Positions 19,509-33,762 of a stretch of 64,000 nucleotides of DNA are shown piece by piece (the stretch's first letter is position 1; the number at the start of each line of letters is the position of its first letter). The position numbers and the translations under genes are program-made. The notes below the pieces were generated by a model that saw only the letters and a program-made list of their open reading frames with translations, was not told the origin of the DNA and did not search any database. Where the stretch lies: assembly GCA_963766005.1 (NCBI GenBank), contig CAVXYG010000008.1, forward strand, positions 193,747-257,746. Reading direction: 5' to 3'. The DNA comes from an uncultured Actinomycetota bacterium. GTDB taxonomy: Bacteria > Actinomycetota > Actinomycetes > S36-B12 > GCA-2699445.

Positions 19509-19561
19509 GCACGAGCGCGCTTGGCGGCGCAGCCATCACGCGGGTAGGCGAGGAGGTCGGG

Positions 19562-19921
19562 TTGAACGTCTACATCCCGCTCATCACGATGGCCGGCCTC
19601 GGAGCGCTGTTCGCCATCTTCTCCGTCTTCGCCGCCAGCCTGACCGGCCCCAAGCGCTACAACCGGGCCAAGTACGACGCCTACGAGTGCGGCATCGAGC
19701 CGACCCCGCAGCCGCTCGGCGGCGGCAAGTTCCCCGTGAAGTACTACCTCACGGCGATGATGTTCATCATCTTCGACATCGAGATCGTCTTCCTCTACCC
19801 GTGGGCGGTGGCATTCGACCAGTTGCAGCTCTTCGGGTTCCTCGCTGTGCTGCTGTTCCTGGTCAACCTGACGATCCCCTACGTCTACGAATGGCGCCGC
19901 GGTGGCCTCGATTGGGACTGA
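19562..19921 (+). CDS. nuoA: NADH-quinone oxidoreductase subunit A
   Basis: YECGIEP, FIIFDIE, YEWRRGGLDWD. Confidence 0.96.
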   Translation: MNVYIPLITMAGLGALFAIFSVFAASLTGPKRYNRAKYDAYECGIEPTPQPLGGGKFPVKYYLTAMMFIIFDIEIVFLYPWAVAFDQLQLFGFLAVLLFLVNLTIPYVYEWRRGGLDWD

Positions 19922-19966
19922 CGGGTTGACGAGTCGGCGGACGGCGACGGAAGGAACGCAGCGCAC

Positions 19967-20521
19967 ATGGGTATTGAGGAGAAGCTCCCTGCTGGGGTGA
20001 TGCTCAGCACCGTCGAGGCGGTTGCCGGCTACGCCCGCAAGACCTCGCTGTGGCCCGCTACTTTCGGCCTGGCCTGCTGCGCGATCGAGATGATGGCGAC
20101 CGGGGGTCCCCGCTTCGATATCGCGCGGTTCGGCATGGAGGTCTTCCGGCCGTCCCCGCGCCAGGCGGACTTGATGATCGTCGCCGGCAGGGTGAGTCAG
20201 AAGATGGCCCCGGTGCTGCGCCAGATCTACGACCAGATGCCCAACCCCAAGTGGGTCATCGCGATGGGCGTGTGCGCCTCATCGGGCGGCATGTTCAACA
20301 ACTACGCGATCGTGCAGGGCGTCGATCATGTGGTGCCGGTCGACATCTACCTGCCCGGCTGCCCGCCGCGCCCGGAGATGCTCCTCGACGCGATTCTGCA
20401 GCTGCACGACAAGATCCAGCACACCAAGATGGGCGCCCATCGAGAGCAGGAAGTCGCCGAGCTCGAGAGCCGGGCCCTGGTTGCCGATCCGACCTCGGCG
20501 ATGAAGGGATTGCTGCGGTGA
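19967..20521 (+). CDS. nuoB: NADH-quinone oxidoreductase subunit B
   Basis: [23 protein letters not shown]. Confidence 0.97.
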   Translation: MGIEEKLPAGVMLSTVEAVAGYARKTSLWPATFGLACCAIEMMATGGPRFDIARFGMEVFRPSPRQADLMIVAGRVSQKMAPVLRQIYDQMPNPKWVIAMGVCASSGGMFNNYAIVQGVDHVVPVDIYLPGCPPRPEMLLDAILQLHDKIQHTKMGAHREQEVAELESRALVADPTSAMKGLLR

Positions 20522-21246
20522 GTGCACAGGAGCCAAGCACCCAGGCCGCGACCGGCGCCGACGTCGCCCCTGCCCCGCTCGGCGGCGCCGAGGTCGTCGG
20601 TGTCCGGCACGGGGCTTTCGGCGTCTCCGGGAGCGGCGATACCAGCGGATTCGGTGGTGTCGTGGCGCCGATCGTGGTCGGCGAGCCGGCGCAACGGCCC
20701 TTTGGAGGGTGGTTCGACGAAGTCAGCGACGAACTCGAACTCGCGCTGCAGGACCGTTCGCTCCCCGCCACTTCGGCTATCGAGAAGGTCGTCGTCGAGC
20801 ACGGCGAGATCACCTACTTCGTTCGGCGCGAGCACCTCCTGACGGTGATGCGGGCCCTGCGCGACGAGCCGGCTCTGCGCTTGGAGTACTTCTCCGGTGT
20901 GAGCGGCGTGCACTATCCGGAGCAGACCGGCCGGGAGCTGCACGCGGTGTACCACCTGGCATCGTTCACGCACAACCGCCGGATCCGGGTCGAGGTCACG
21001 TGCCCGGACACCGACCCCCACATCCCGTCGGTCGTTGCCATCTACCCCAACGCCGACTGGCACGAGCGCGAGACCTGGGACTTCTTCGGGATCGTCTTCG
21101 ACGGACACCCCCACCTGACGCGCATCGAGATGCCCGACGATTGGGTCGGCCACCCCCAGCGCAAGGACTACCCGCTGGGCGGCATCCCCGTGGAGTACAA
21201 GGGCGCAACCATTCCGCCGCCCGATGAGCGGAGGTCGTACAACTGA
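20518..21246 (+). CDS. nuoC: NADH-quinone oxidoreductase subunit C
   Basis: [30 protein letters not shown]; GTG overlaps the nuoB stop. Confidence 0.95.
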   Translation: MSAQEPSTQAATGADVAPAPLGGAEVVGVRHGAFGVSGSGDTSGFGGVVAPIVVGEPAQRPFGGWFDEVSDELELALQDRSLPATSAIEKVVVEHGEITYFVRREHLLTVMRALRDEPALRLEYFSGVSGVHYPEQTGRELHAVYHLASFTHNRRIRVEVTCPDTDPHIPSVVAIYPNADWHERETWDFFGIVFDGHPHLTRIEMPDDWVGHPQRKDYPLGGIPVEYKGATIPPPDERRSYN

Positions 21247-22622
21247 TGGATGACGCAGGCATGGACGATGTGACCTTCGGCGCGGCCCCGGGGGATACCG
21301 ATGACGGCGAGCAGTACGCCGACGCCTACGACACCACCGAGGGCCGGGTCTTCACCCTGTCCGGCGGGGACTGGGACAGCGTGACGCCGCCGCCGGAGGG
21401 CCGGCAGGAGCGGATCGTGGTGAACATGGGGCCGCAGCACCCCTCCACCCACGGCGTGCTGCGCTTGATCCTGGAGCTCGAGGGCGAGACCGTCACCGAG
21501 GCCCGGTGCGGGATCGGCTTCCTGCACACCGGCATCGAGAAGAACCTGGAGTACCGCTCCTGGGTGCAGGGCACCACCTTCGTCACGCGGATGGACTACC
21601 TGAGCTCGTTCTTCAACGAGACCGCCTACTGCATGGCGGTGGAGAAGCTGCTCGGGATCACGGACCAGGTGCCAGAGCGCGCCCAGGCGATCCGCGTCAT
21701 CCTCATGGAGCTGAACCGGGCCGGCAGCCACTTCGTGGCGCTGGCGACCGGCGGGCTGGAGCTCGGGGCGCTGACCGCCATGATCTTCGGATTCCGCGAG
21801 CGCGAGGTGATCCTGGACCTCTTCGAGGAGATCACCGGCCTGCGCATGAATCACGCCTTCATCCGTCCCGGCGGGGTGGCCCAGGACCTGCCCCAGGGCG
21901 TGGAGCAGAAGATCCTCGACGGGATCGCGACGGTCCGCAAGAACTCCCAGGACACCCGCAAGCTCCTCGTCGGCAACAAGATCTGGATGGACCGCACCGT
22001 GGGTGTCGGCTACCTCGACCTCACCGGGTGCATGGCGCTGGGGATGACCGGTCCGGTGCTGCGCTCCACCGGCTACCCGCGCGATCTGCGCAAGGACGAG
22101 CCCTACTGCGGCTACGAGAAGTACGACTTCGAGGTGCCGACCGTCGACACGTGCGACACCTACGGGCGCTTCCTGCTGCGCCTGGCCGAGATCGAGCAGT
22201 CGCTGAACATCGTCGAGCAGGCGGTCAAGCAACTGCGGCCGGGCCCGGTCATGGTCGAGGACAAGCGCATCGCCTGGCCGGCGCAGCTGGCGCTCGGCGG
22301 CGATGGGCAGGGCAACTCCCTGGGGCACATCAAGCACATCATGGGCGAGTCGATGGAAGCCCTGATCCACCATTTCAAGCTCGTCACCGAGGGTTTCCGG
22401 GTGCCGGTCGGTCAGGCCTACGTCGCCGTCGAGGCGCCCCGCGGGGAGCTAGGCTGCCATGTCGTCAGCACCGGCGGCACGCGGCCGTACCGGGTCCATT
22501 TCCGCGACCCGTCGTTCAACAACCTGCAGGCCGTCCCTGCGATGTCGGAGGGGTCGATGGTGTCCGATGTGGTGGCCGCGGTGGCATCCGTGGATCCGGT
22601 GATGGGTGGGGTGGACCGCTGA
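21246..22622 (+). CDS. nuoD: NADH-quinone oxidoreductase subunit D
   Basis: [33 protein letters not shown]. Confidence 0.97.
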   Translation: MDDAGMDDVTFGAAPGDTDDGEQYADAYDTTEGRVFTLSGGDWDSVTPPPEGRQERIVVNMGPQHPSTHGVLRLILELEGETVTEARCGIGFLHTGIEKNLEYRSWVQGTTFVTRMDYLSSFFNETAYCMAVEKLLGITDQVPERAQAIRVILMELNRAGSHFVALATGGLELGALTAMIFGFREREVILDLFEEITGLRMNHAFIRPGGVAQDLPQGVEQKILDGIATVRKNSQDTRKLLVGNKIWMDRTVGVGYLDLTGCMALGMTGPVLRSTGYPRDLRKDEPYCGYEKYDFEVPTVDTCDTYGRFLLRLAEIEQSLNIVEQAVKQLRPGPVMVEDKRIAWPAQLALGGDGQGNSLGHIKHIMGESMEALIHHFKLVTEGFRVPVGQAYVAVEAPRGELGCHVVSTGGTRPYRVHFRDPSFNNLQAVPAMSEGSMVSDVVAAVASVDPVMGGVDR

Positions 22623-23275
22623 TGGCGCTCAGTGACACGACCCGGGCGGAGGCAGAGGAGTTGGCCGCCCGCTATCCGCAGGCGCGATCGGCGCTGCTGC
22701 CGATGCTGCATCTGGTGCAGTCGGAAGAGGGCTACGTCTCGCCCGGCGGGATTGCGCTGTGCGCCGACGTGCTCGGGCTCACGCCCGCGGAGGTGAGCGC
22801 CGTGGCGACCTTCTACACGATGTACAAGCGTCGACCCGTGGGTCGGCACCATATCGGCGTCTGTGTCAACACCATGTGCGCGGTCCTCGGCGGCGACGCG
22901 CTCTGGGCCGCGGTCAGCGATCGACTCGGCATCGGGCACGAGGAGTCCGATCCCCGGGGCCTGTTCAGCGCCGAGCGCATCGAGTGCCAGGCGGCCTGCA
23001 CGCACGGTCCGGTGATGACCGTGGACTGGGAGTTCTTCGACCAGGTGGGTGTCGAGGAGGCGATCGAGATCATCGACCGTCTCGAGGCGGGGGAGACCGT
23101 CGTTCCCACCCGCGGTGCGACGATCCGCAACTTCCAGGCGACCGAGCGCACGCTCGCCGGATTCGACGACGGCCTCGCCGACGAGGGACCTGCCGCGGAC
23201 GACCTCATGCTCGCCGGACTGCGGCGAGCCCGGGAACTCGGCCACCAGGCGCCGCCGACCACGAAGGGGAAGTGA
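22622..23275 (+). CDS. nuoE: NADH-quinone oxidoreductase subunit E
   Basis: SALLPMLH, VATFYTMY, CVNTMC...ECQAAC 2Fe-2S ligands. Confidence 0.95.
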   Translation: MALSDTTRAEAEELAARYPQARSALLPMLHLVQSEEGYVSPGGIALCADVLGLTPAEVSAVATFYTMYKRRPVGRHHIGVCVNTMCAVLGGDALWAAVSDRLGIGHEESDPRGLFSAERIECQAACTHGPVMTVDWEFFDQVGVEEAIEIIDRLEAGETVVPTRGATIRNFQATERTLAGFDDGLADEGPAADDLMLAGLRRARELGHQAPPTTKGK

Positions 23276-23276
23276 C

Positions 23277-24572
23277 ATGCCGCTGACACCGGTCCTCACC
23301 GCCCATTGGGACGAGCCCGACTCCTACACCATCGGCGGCTACCAGCGCCACGGCGGCTACCGGGCGCTGCGCAAGGCGCTGCAGCAGGAGCCGGACCAGA
23401 TCATCGGCGAGGTGAAGGAGTCCGGTCTGCGCGGCCGCGGCGGCGCAGGCTTCCCCACCGGGCTGAAGTGGAGCTTCGTCCCGCAGGACGGTAACCCCCA
23501 CTACCTCGTGGTCAACGCCGACGAGTCGGAGCCGGGCGCCTGCAAGGACATCCCGCTCATGCTGGCCAATCCCCACGCCGTCATCGAGGGCATGATCATC
23601 ACGTCGTACGCGATCCGCGCACGGCACGCCTTCATCTACATCCGCGGCGAGGTCCCGCACCCGATTCGCCGCATCGCCAGGGCCGTCGCCGAGGCCAAGG
23701 CAGCCGGGTACCTCGGCAGCAACATCCTCGGGTCCGGCTTCGACCTCGACATCGTCGTGCACGCGGGCGCGGGCGCGTACATCTGTGGCGAGGAGACAGC
23801 GCTGCTCGATTCGTTGGAGGGCCGTCGCGGTCAGCCGCGACTGAAGCCCCCCTTCCCCGCGGTCGCCGGCCTCTACGCCGGCCCCACGGTCATCAACAAC
23901 GTCGAGACCATCGCCAATATCCCGTTCATCGTGGGCAACGGCTCGGACTGGTTGCGCCAGTTCGGCACCGAGAAGTCCCCAGGCTTCAAGCTCTTCGCCG
24001 TCTCCGGCCATGTGCGCCGTCCGGGTATCTACGAGGCGCCGCTGGGGATCACGATGGCGGAGCTCCTCGAGCATGCCGGCGGGATGCGCGAGGGCGCGGA
24101 GCTGAAGTTCTGGGTGCCCGGCGGGTCGTCGGTCCCCATGCTGCTGCCGGAGCACCTCGACCTCCCGCTGACCTATGAGGCGATGGCGGAGGCGGGGACG
24201 ATGCTCGGCACCGGGACCCCCATGGTGTTCGACACCTCGGTGAGCGTCGTGCGCGCCATCACACGATGGTCGGAGTTCTACAAGCACGAGTCGTGCGGCA
24301 AGTGCACGCCATGCCGCGAGGGCACCGGCTGGATCATGGGGCTGCTGAAGAAGTTCGAGGCCGGCCACGGTTCGGAGGAGGAGCTGCAGACCCTGCAGGA
24401 CCTGTGCGACCAGATCCTGGGCCGGTCCTTCTGCGCACTCGGCGATGCGGCGGCCACGCCGTTCCCCGCGGCTGTGCGACACTTCCGCGAGGAGTTTCTC
24501 GCCGGAACCGCCACTCCGGTGCGGGCTGCCTACGACCCGGACCTCGCCACCATCTACGCCGGAGCGCGCTGA
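23277..24572 (+). CDS. nuoF: NADH-quinone oxidoreductase subunit F
   Basis: [46 protein letters not shown]. Confidence 0.97.
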   Translation: MPLTPVLTAHWDEPDSYTIGGYQRHGGYRALRKALQQEPDQIIGEVKESGLRGRGGAGFPTGLKWSFVPQDGNPHYLVVNADESEPGACKDIPLMLANPHAVIEGMIITSYAIRARHAFIYIRGEVPHPIRRIARAVAEAKAAGYLGSNILGSGFDLDIVVHAGAGAYICGEETALLDSLEGRRGQPRLKPPFPAVAGLYAGPTVINNVETIANIPFIVGNGSDWLRQFGTEKSPGFKLFAVSGHVRRPGIYEAPLGITMAELLEHAGGMREGAELKFWVPGGSSVPMLLPEHLDLPLTYEAMAEAGTMLGTGTPMVFDTSVSVVRAITRWSEFYKHESCGKCTPCREGTGWIMGLLKKFEAGHGSEEELQTLQDLCDQILGRSFCALGDAAATPFPAAVRHFREEFLAGTATPVRAAYDPDLATIYAGAR

Positions 24573-27109
24573 TGACCGCACCCGCAGACGCCGCCACGGC
24601 CGCCCGGCCGCCGGTCCAGACCGTCACCGCCACGATCGACGGCATCAGCGTGACCGTGCCCCAGGGCACGCTCATCATTCGTGCCGCCGAACTCATCGGC
24701 ATCGAGATCCCCCGGTTCTGCGACCATCCGCTGCTGGATCCGGTGGCGATGTGCCGGATGTGCCTGGTCGAGGTCGCTCCCGGCCCGCCCAAGCCGCAGC
24801 CCGCCTGCGCGGTCGCGCTCGGCGACGGCACGGAGGTCAAGACGCAACGGACGTCGCCGATGGCGGATGCCGCGCAGGAGGGGGTGATGGAGTTCATCCT
24901 CGCCAACCACCCCCTGGACTGCCCGATCTGCGACAAGGGCGGCGAATGCCCGCTGCAGAACCAGGCGATGACCAACGGTCGGGGCGAGTCCCGCTTCACG
25001 TTGCCCAAGGCGACCTTCCCCAAGCCGATCAACGTCTCGTCGCAGGTGTTGCTCGACCGCGAGCGCTGCGTGAACTGCGCCCGGTGCACCCGATTCGCCG
25101 ACCAGGTGGCCGGGGATCCGTTCATCGTGCTGTTGGAGCGCGGTGGCCGTCAGCAGGTGGGCATCAACCCCGGTCATCCCTTCGATTCCTACTTCTCCGG
25201 CAATACGGTGCAGATCTGTCCGGTTGGTGCGCTCACCAGCGCCAAGTACCGTTTCCGCGCGCGGCCGTTCGACTTGGTCAGCGTGCCCACCGTCTGCGAG
25301 CACTGTGCCTCCGGGTGCGCGCTGCGCACCGACTACCGTCGCTCGGTCGTCATGCGCCGCCTGGCGGGCAACGACCCGGCCGTCAACGAGGAGTGGAACT
25401 GCGACAAGGGGCGCTTCGGCTTCGTCTACACCACCGAGCAGCGCCTCACGACTCCCATGGTGCGTGAGGACGGTGCCCTGCGACCGGCTTCCTGGCCGGA
25501 GGCGGTCCAGGTTGCTGCGGCCGGGCTGGCGCGGGCAGGCTCGGCGACCGGCCTGCTGACCGGCGGACGTGTGACGCAGGAGGACGCACTGGCGTACAGC
25601 ATCCTCGCCCGCGGCGTGCTCGGCAGCGACAACGTCGACTTCCGAGCGCGCGCGGCCTCGGTCGAGGAGGCGCAGTTCCTCGCACAGGCTGTCGCGGGCA
25701 CCGGTCTCGGCGTCACCTACGCCGATCTGGAGGCAGCGCCGGCTGTGGTGCTCGTCGCCTTCGAGCCGGAGGACGAGTCGCCGATCGTCTTCCTCCGTCT
25801 TCGCAAGGCTGCTCGCTCCCGCGGGCAGCGGATCGTCGCGGTTGCGCCCCTGGCCAGCTACGGGTCGCAGAAGCTCCGGGCCGACGTCGTGCTGGCGGTC
25901 CCCGGAAGCGAGCCGGCAGCGCTGGCTCACAGCACCGTCGCTGCCGCACTGGCCGAGCCCGGTGCCGTGCTGCTCGTCGGCGAGCGGGCAGCCGCCGTCC
26001 CCGGACTGCTCACCGAGGCCAGGGCGCTGGCACAGCGGACCGGAGCCCGGATGGCGTGGGTGCCGCGCCGTGCGGGGGAGCGAGGCGCGCTCGAGGCGGG
26101 ACTCCTGCCGGGGCTGCTGCCCGGCGGGCGACCGCTGAGCGATGATGCCTGCCGGACCGAGGTGGCTGCCCAGTTCGGTGTGCCGACCGATGCGCTGCCT
26201 TCGCAGGCGGGCCGGGACGCGTCCGGGATCATCGCTGCCGTGGCCGCCGACGCCGAGGCCCGCAGGGCGGCCGAAGCCGACGGCACGCTGGAGGAGTTCG
26301 CGCCGATGCTGGCAGCGCTGGTGGTGGGCGGCGTCGATCCCGACGACATGCCGGACCCCGTGGCCTTCCGGCAGGCGCTGGCCGACGTGCCGTTCCTGGT
26401 GAGCCTGGAGCAGCGGCTCACCCCCGTCGCCGAGTACGCCGACGTGGTGCTTCCGGTTGCCGATGTGACGCAGAAGGCCGGGTCGTACACCAACTGGGAG
26501 GGTCGGCAGCGGCCCTTCGGACAGGTCTTCGACGAGACCGCTGCGTTCTCCGACGCCCGGGTGCTCGCGCTCATCGCCGATGCGGTCGCGGGCATCACCG
26601 ACGTACCGGCTGCCACGCTGCACGGCGGGGCGGCCGACGGGTTGCGGGCCGCGATGACTCGACTGGGGGGCTTCGCAGGCCCCCGTTCCGCGCCGCCGCA
26701 GACCGAGGCCGAGGCGGCGGAGGTGCCGGAGTCGGCTGCCGTCGATCCAACACCGGAATCGCCCGCTGCGAACCCCGCGGGCGAAGCCCACGAAGCGATC
26801 CTCGCCACCTGGCGGCAACTCGTCGACGGCGGCACTCTGCAGGAGGGCGAGCCGTACCTCGCAGCCGGTGCGCGGGAGCCGATGGCGCGCATATCGGCGG
26901 CCACCGCGCAGAAGGTCGGCGTGGCTGAGGGCCACCTTGTGATCATCTCCACAGCAGCCGGCAGCGCCCGGTTGGCGGTGGCGGTCACGGACATGCCCGA
27001 CGATGTGGTGTGGGTGCCCGCGAATTCGCCCGGCATCCGGGTGACCAGGGATCTGTGCGCCGGGTGGGGCGATCCGGTGCTGCTCGCGGCGGGAGGTGAC
27101 CAGCGATGA
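24572..27109 (+). CDS. nuoG: NADH-quinone oxidoreductase subunit G
   Basis: [41 protein letters not shown]. Confidence 0.96.
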   Translation: MTAPADAATAARPPVQTVTATIDGISVTVPQGTLIIRAAELIGIEIPRFCDHPLLDPVAMCRMCLVEVAPGPPKPQPACAVALGDGTEVKTQRTSPMADAAQEGVMEFILANHPLDCPICDKGGECPLQNQAMTNGRGESRFTLPKATFPKPINVSSQVLLDRERCVNCARCTRFADQVAGDPFIVLLERGGRQQVGINPGHPFDSYFSGNTVQICPVGALTSAKYRFRARPFDLVSVPTVCEHCASGCALRTDYRRSVVMRRLAGNDPAVNEEWNCDKGRFGFVYTTEQRLTTPMVREDGALRPASWPEAVQVAAAGLARAGSATGLLTGGRVTQEDALAYSILARGVLGSDNVDFRARAASVEEAQFLAQAVAGTGLGVTYADLEAAPAVVLVAFEPEDESPIVFLRLRKAARSRGQRIVAVAPLASYGSQKLRADVVLAVPGSEPAALAHSTVAAALAEPGAVLLVGERAAAVPGLLTEARALAQRTGARMAWVPRRAGERGALEAGLLPGLLPGGRPLSDDACRTEVAAQFGVPTDALPSQAGRDASGIIAAVAADAEARRAAEADGTLEEFAPMLAALVVGGVDPDDMPDPVAFRQALADVPFLVSLEQRLTPVAEYADVVLPVADVTQKAGSYTNWEGRQRPFGQVFDETAAFSDARVLALIADAVAGITDVPAATLHGGAADGLRAAMTRLGGFAGPRSAPPQTEAEAAEVPESAAVDPTPESPAANPAGEAHEAILATWRQLVDGGTLQEGEPYLAAGAREPMARISAATAQKVGVAEGHLVIISTAAGSARLAVAVTDMPDDVVWVPANSPGIRVTRDLCAGWGDPVLLAAGGDQR

Positions 27110-28455
27110 CGACGCTCGCAGCAGCGCTGTCGGCGACGACCGGACCCGCGCTCTCCGATTTCGGCAACGACCCCATCTGGCTGGTGCTGCTGAAGACGCT
27201 GATGGTCTTCGTGCTGCTCGTGGTGATCGTCCTGCTCACGATCTGGGCCGAACGCCGGGTGGTCTCCGAGATGCAGCACCGCATCGGCCCGAACCGCACC
27301 GGTCCCTTCGGCCTGCTGCAGACCTTGATGGACGGCTTCAAGCTGGCCTTCAAGGAGGAGATCATCCCCAAGAGGGTCTCGCTGGCCGTCTACATCCTTG
27401 CTCCGATCATCTCCGCCACCGCTGCCTTCGCGGCGTTCGCGGTGATTCCTTTCGGCCCCGAGGTGAGCATCTTCGGCGAGCGCACCGTCTTGCAGCTGAC
27501 CGACTTCAACGAGTCGACGCTCTACATCCTGGCCATCACCGCCATCGGCATCTACGGCCTGGTCTTGGCGGGCTGGTCGTCCGGGTCCACCTACCCGCTG
27601 CTCGGCGGCCTGCGCTCCACCGCGCAGATGATCTCCTACGAGATCGCGATGGGGCTGGCCTTCGTGGCCGTCTTCATCTACGCCGGTTCCATGTCCACCT
27701 CGCAGATCGTGTCCGCGCAGGCCAACGGCTGGTACGCGCTGCTGCTGGCCCCGTCGTTCGTCATCTACGTCACGGCGATGGTCGGCGAGACGAACCGCGC
27801 TCCGTTCGACCTGCCCGAGGCGGAAGGCGAGCTCGTCGGCGGCTTCCACACCGAGTACTCCTCGCTGAAGTTCGCGATGTTCTTCCTCGCCGAGTACATC
27901 AACATGGTCACGGTCTCGGCCGTGGCGACCACGCTGTTCCTCGGCGGCTGGCGCTTCCCGTTCGACTGGGAATGGGCCAACACCGGCTGGGTCCCGCTGC
28001 TGTGGTGGCTGATCAAGGTCTCGGCCTTCATCTACCTCTACATCTGGCTGCGAGGTACCCTGCCGCGCTTCCGCTACGACCAGTTCATGGCGTTCGGCTG
28101 GAAGGTCCTGATTCCGGTCTCTCTTGCCTGGCTGGTGCTGGTCAGCGGCGCGCGGGCGATCCAGTCGGAGTACGAGGTGAGCACGGCGGCCCTGCTGGCC
28201 ATCGGTGCCGGCGTGCTCGTCGTCGCCGTGCTGGTGCAGTTGATCCTGGAACGGCGCAAGGCCGCGCGGGCGCTGGCCGAGGAGGCGACGGCGGCCGAGC
28301 GCGCCGAGCACTTCGATCCGTATGCAGGCGGCTACCCGGTGCCGCCGATGCCCGGACAAGAGTTCGCATACACGCCGCGGGCGCGGCGCACCGTCACCGG
28401 ATCGACGGTCGCCACGGATTCGCCCGCGACCGAGCAGGAGGGCTCCGATGGCTGA
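27106..28455 (+). CDS. nuoH: NADH-quinone oxidoreductase subunit H
   Basis: [33 protein letters not shown]. Confidence 0.97.
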   Translation: MTTLAAALSATTGPALSDFGNDPIWLVLLKTLMVFVLLVVIVLLTIWAERRVVSEMQHRIGPNRTGPFGLLQTLMDGFKLAFKEEIIPKRVSLAVYILAPIISATAAFAAFAVIPFGPEVSIFGERTVLQLTDFNESTLYILAITAIGIYGLVLAGWSSGSTYPLLGGLRSTAQMISYEIAMGLAFVAVFIYAGSMSTSQIVSAQANGWYALLLAPSFVIYVTAMVGETNRAPFDLPEAEGELVGGFHTEYSSLKFAMFFLAEYINMVTVSAVATTLFLGGWRFPFDWEWANTGWVPLLWWLIKVSAFIYLYIWLRGTLPRFRYDQFMAFGWKVLIPVSLAWLVLVSGARAIQSEYEVSTAALLAIGAGVLVVAVLVQLILERRKAARALAEEATAAERAEHFDPYAGGYPVPPMPGQEFAYTPRARRTVTGSTVATDSPATEQEGSDG

Positions 28456-29065
28456 TCTGCCCCCAGCGCTCGCCGGATTCTGGGTGACGTTCAAGACCCA
28501 GTTCAAGCGCGCGGTCACCGAGCAGTATCCCGAGCAGAAGGTGCCCACCAAGCCGCGCTTCCACGGCCGGCATCAGTTGAACCGGCATCCCGACGGGCTG
28601 GAGAAGTGCATCGGCTGCGAGCTGTGCGCTTGGGCCTGCCCGGCCGACGCGATCTACGTGGAAGCGGCCGACAACACCGAGGCGGAGCGGTTCTCGCCGG
28701 GCGAACGCTACGGCCGCGTCTACCAGATCAACTACTTGCGCTGCATTCTCTGCGGTCTGTGCATCGAGGCATGCCCCACCCGGGCGCTGACGATGACCAA
28801 CGAGTACGAGTTGGCGGACAGCGACCGGGCGAAGATGATCTACGAGCGCCAGGATCTGCTGGCGCCGCTGCAGTCGGGGATGGTGCAGCCGCCGCACTCG
28901 ATGGTGGCCGGCACGACGGAGAAGGACTACTACCTCGGCACCGTGAACGCCGCGACCGAGGAGCAGCGTCAGGAGGTGGCGCTGCGAGAGGCTGATGCGC
29001 CCACGGTGCGTCGGCCCTCCACGGTCCGGCAGCCTGCCGATCCGACCGCGACGGAGGCCTCGTGA
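28448..29065 (+). CDS. nuoI: NADH-quinone oxidoreductase subunit I
   Basis: [12 protein letters not shown] and [12 protein letters not shown]. Confidence 0.97.
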   Translation: MADLPPALAGFWVTFKTQFKRAVTEQYPEQKVPTKPRFHGRHQLNRHPDGLEKCIGCELCAWACPADAIYVEAADNTEAERFSPGERYGRVYQINYLRCILCGLCIEACPTRALTMTNEYELADSDRAKMIYERQDLLAPLQSGMVQPPHSMVAGTTEKDYYLGTVNAATEEQRQEVALREADAPTVRRPSTVRQPADPTATEAS

Positions 29066-29856
29066 GCTCCCTGTCGATGCTGGCCCCGGTGGCGGCCCAA
29101 GCGGTCGCCTCGAGCGCAGGCGAGGAGGCCGCCTTCTGGATCTGCGGCACCCTGGCCGTGGTCGGCGCGCTGGGCCTGGTGTTGTCCCGCCGAGCCGTGC
29201 ACGGCGCCCTGTTCGTCGCGCTGACGATGATCAACCTGGCGATCCTGTATGCCGCCAACTCAGCGCCGTTCCTGGGCCTGGTCCAGGTCATCGTCTACAC
29301 CGGCGCGGTCATGATGCTGTTCCTGTTCGTCCTCATGATCGTCGGAGTGGATGCCTCCGACAGCTTCACCGAAACCATCAAGGCGCAGCGCGGCTGGACC
29401 GCGGTGCTGGTCCTGGGGTTCTCGGGACTGCTCATCGCCGGCATCGTCACCGGTATGGCGGAGATGACCAGCCTCGGATTGACGGAGGCCAACGAGGCTG
29501 CCGGCGGCAACGCCCAGGGGCTGGCCTACCTCATTTTCGACCGCTATCTCTTGGCGTTCCAAGCGGTGGCGGCCCTGCTCATCACCGCGGCGCTGGGGGC
29601 GCTGGTGCTCGCGCACCGCGAGCATCTGCAGCCGCGCAAGACGCAGGCGGATCTCAGCCGCGAGCGCTTCTCGTCCGGCCGGCACCCGGGGGTGCTCCCG
29701 AACCCGGGCGTGCTGAGCAGCACCAACGCCATCGGCAATCCGGCTCTGCTGCCCGACGGCACGCCCTCGCAGGAGTCGATCCCGATGCCGCTTCGCGCAC
29801 CGTCGAGCCCGGGAACCGACGAGGGGCAGTCGGCCATCGAGCGGGGGGAGGACTAG
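29062..29856 (+). CDS. nuoJ: NADH-quinone oxidoreductase subunit J
   Basis: [16 protein letters not shown]; operon position. Confidence 0.95.
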   Translation: MSSLSMLAPVAAQAVASSAGEEAAFWICGTLAVVGALGLVLSRRAVHGALFVALTMINLAILYAANSAPFLGLVQVIVYTGAVMMLFLFVLMIVGVDASDSFTETIKAQRGWTAVLVLGFSGLLIAGIVTGMAEMTSLGLTEANEAAGGNAQGLAYLIFDRYLLAFQAVAALLITAALGALVLAHREHLQPRKTQADLSRERFSSGRHPGVLPNPGVLSSTNAIGNPALLPDGTPSQESIPMPLRAPSSPGTDEGQSAIERGED

Positions 29857-30156
29857 GTGGATCCATCCGCATACATCGTGCTGTCGGCCGTCCTGTTCAC
29901 GATCGGGACGTTCGGGGTGCTGCTGCGCCGCAACGCGATCATCGTCTTCCTGTCGGTGGAGCTCATGCTCAACGCGGCCAACCTCGCCTTCGTGGCCTTC
30001 GCCCGGATGCACGGCCAGCTCGACGGCCAGGTCATCGCGTTCTTCGTGATGGTCGTCGCCGCGGCGGAGGTCGTGATCGGCCTGGCGATCATCATGCTCA
30101 TCTTCCGCACCCGGCGTTCGGCGAACGTCGATGAGCCCAGTCTGTTGAGGAACTGA
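29857..30156 (+). CDS. nuoK: NADH-quinone oxidoreductase subunit K
   Basis: [19 protein letters not shown]. Confidence 0.96.
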   Translation: MDPSAYIVLSAVLFTIGTFGVLLRRNAIIVFLSVELMLNAANLAFVAFARMHGQLDGQVIAFFVMVVAAAEVVIGLAIIMLIFRTRRSANVDEPSLLRN

Positions 30157-30157
30157 C

Positions 30158-32103
<1,946 letters not shown>

Positions 32104-32107
<4 letters not shown>

Positions 32108-33762
32108 ACGACGGACTCGGTCTGCTGACGCTACTGGCGGCGCTGCCGCTGGTGGGCTCCCTCGTAGTTGCCGCACTGCCGCGCGCCAACGCCACCCTGG
32201 CCAAGCAGGTCGCCCTGGGGTTCAGCCTCGCCGCGCTCGCGCTCGCCGGCGTCGTTGCGGTGCAGTACGACAGCGGTGCCAGCGGCTATCAGATGGTGGA
32301 ATCGGTGTCCTGGATCCCCTCTCTGGGCGTCTCCTGGACCCTCGGCCTGGATGGGCTGGGTCTGGTGCTGCTGCTGCTGGCGGTGCTGTTGGTCCCCGTC
32401 GTCCTCGTCGCTGGCTGGAACGAGCGCACGCACATCGCGACGAACGCCAACGCCGCGGCCGTTCCGGTCGCGGTCGGCGCCGCTGGCGGCAATGCCGTGC
32501 CGCGCGGGCCTCGCGGATCCTCCGCTGCTGCCGCGGGCACCGGTCCGGCAGAGCAGGAGGGCGGTTCGGTCAAGGGCTACCTCGCCCTGATCCTCGTTGC
32601 CGAGGCCATGATGATCGGCGTCTTCACCGCGATCGACGTCTTCCTGTTCTACGTCTTCTTCGAGGCGATCCTCATCCCCGTCTACTTCATGATCGGCCGC
32701 TACGGGACCGGCCAGCGCGCCTACGCGGCGGTGAAGTTCCTCATCTACAGCCTCGTGGGCGGCCTGCTGATGCTGGCATCCCTCGCGGGCCTGTGGGCGG
32801 TCTCGCGAGGTCAGGGCGGTCCGACGTTCGACGTGCGTGCGCTGGCGGAGTTGCAGATCAGCGAGACCACGCAGGCATGGCTCTTCCTCGGCTTCTTCAT
32901 CGCGTTCGCCATCAAGGCCCCCCTGTTCCCGGTGCACACCTGGCTGCCGGACGCCGCCGGTTCCTCGCGCCCGACGACAGCGGTGCTCCTCATCGGCGTG
33001 CTGGACAAGATCGGGACCTTCGGCATGATGCGGCTGTGTCTGCCGCTGTTCCCGGACGCGGCGCAGCGGTTCGCGCCCGTCATCATCGCGGTCAGCGTGA
33101 TCTCCATCCTCTACGGCGCACTGCTGGCGATCGGCCAGACGGATATGCGGCGGCTGTTCGCCTACGTGTCCATCAGCCACTTCGGGTTCATCACGCTGGG
33201 GATCTTCGTCTTCACGACCCAAGGCCTGTCGGGCGCGACCTTCTACATGCTCGGCCACGGATTGTCGACGGCCCTGCTGTTCTGCGTGGCCGGCTACTTG
33301 ATGAGCCGCCGCGGCAGCGCGCAGATCGCCGACTACGGCGGCGTCAACAAGGTTGCGCCCGTCCTCGCCGGCACGTTCCTCATCGCCGGGCTCACGGCGC
33401 TGGCGCTGCCTGGGCTGAGCACCTTCATCAGCGAATTCCTGGTGCTGGTCGGCACGTTCACCCGGTACCCGTGGGTTGCGGTGATCGCGACGCTGGGCAT
33501 CATCCTGGCGGCCGTCTACGTGCTGTGGCTCTACCAACGGACCATGACCGGGCCGGTGACCGAGCAGGTCCGCGGCATGCCCGACCTCAATGGTCGCGAA
33601 CTCGCGGCGATCGTGCCGGTGATCGCCCTGGTCATCCTGCTCGGCTTCTACCCCAAGCCCGCGCTGGATGTCATCAATCCCACCGTGGACGAACTGATGG
33701 AGCAGGTGGGCGCGACCGACCCGGAGCCGACAGTGCCACTGTCCGAAGGAGCCCCGCGATGA
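32104..33762 (+). CDS. nuoM: NADH-quinone oxidoreductase subunit M
   Basis: FYVFFE, KAPLFPVHTWLPDA, LALPGLSTFISEF. Confidence 0.96.

Noticed and set aside
24554-28551. Long minus-strand ORFs (793 aa and 874 aa) over nuoG/nuoH
   Set aside because: Shadow frames of well-supported nuo genes.
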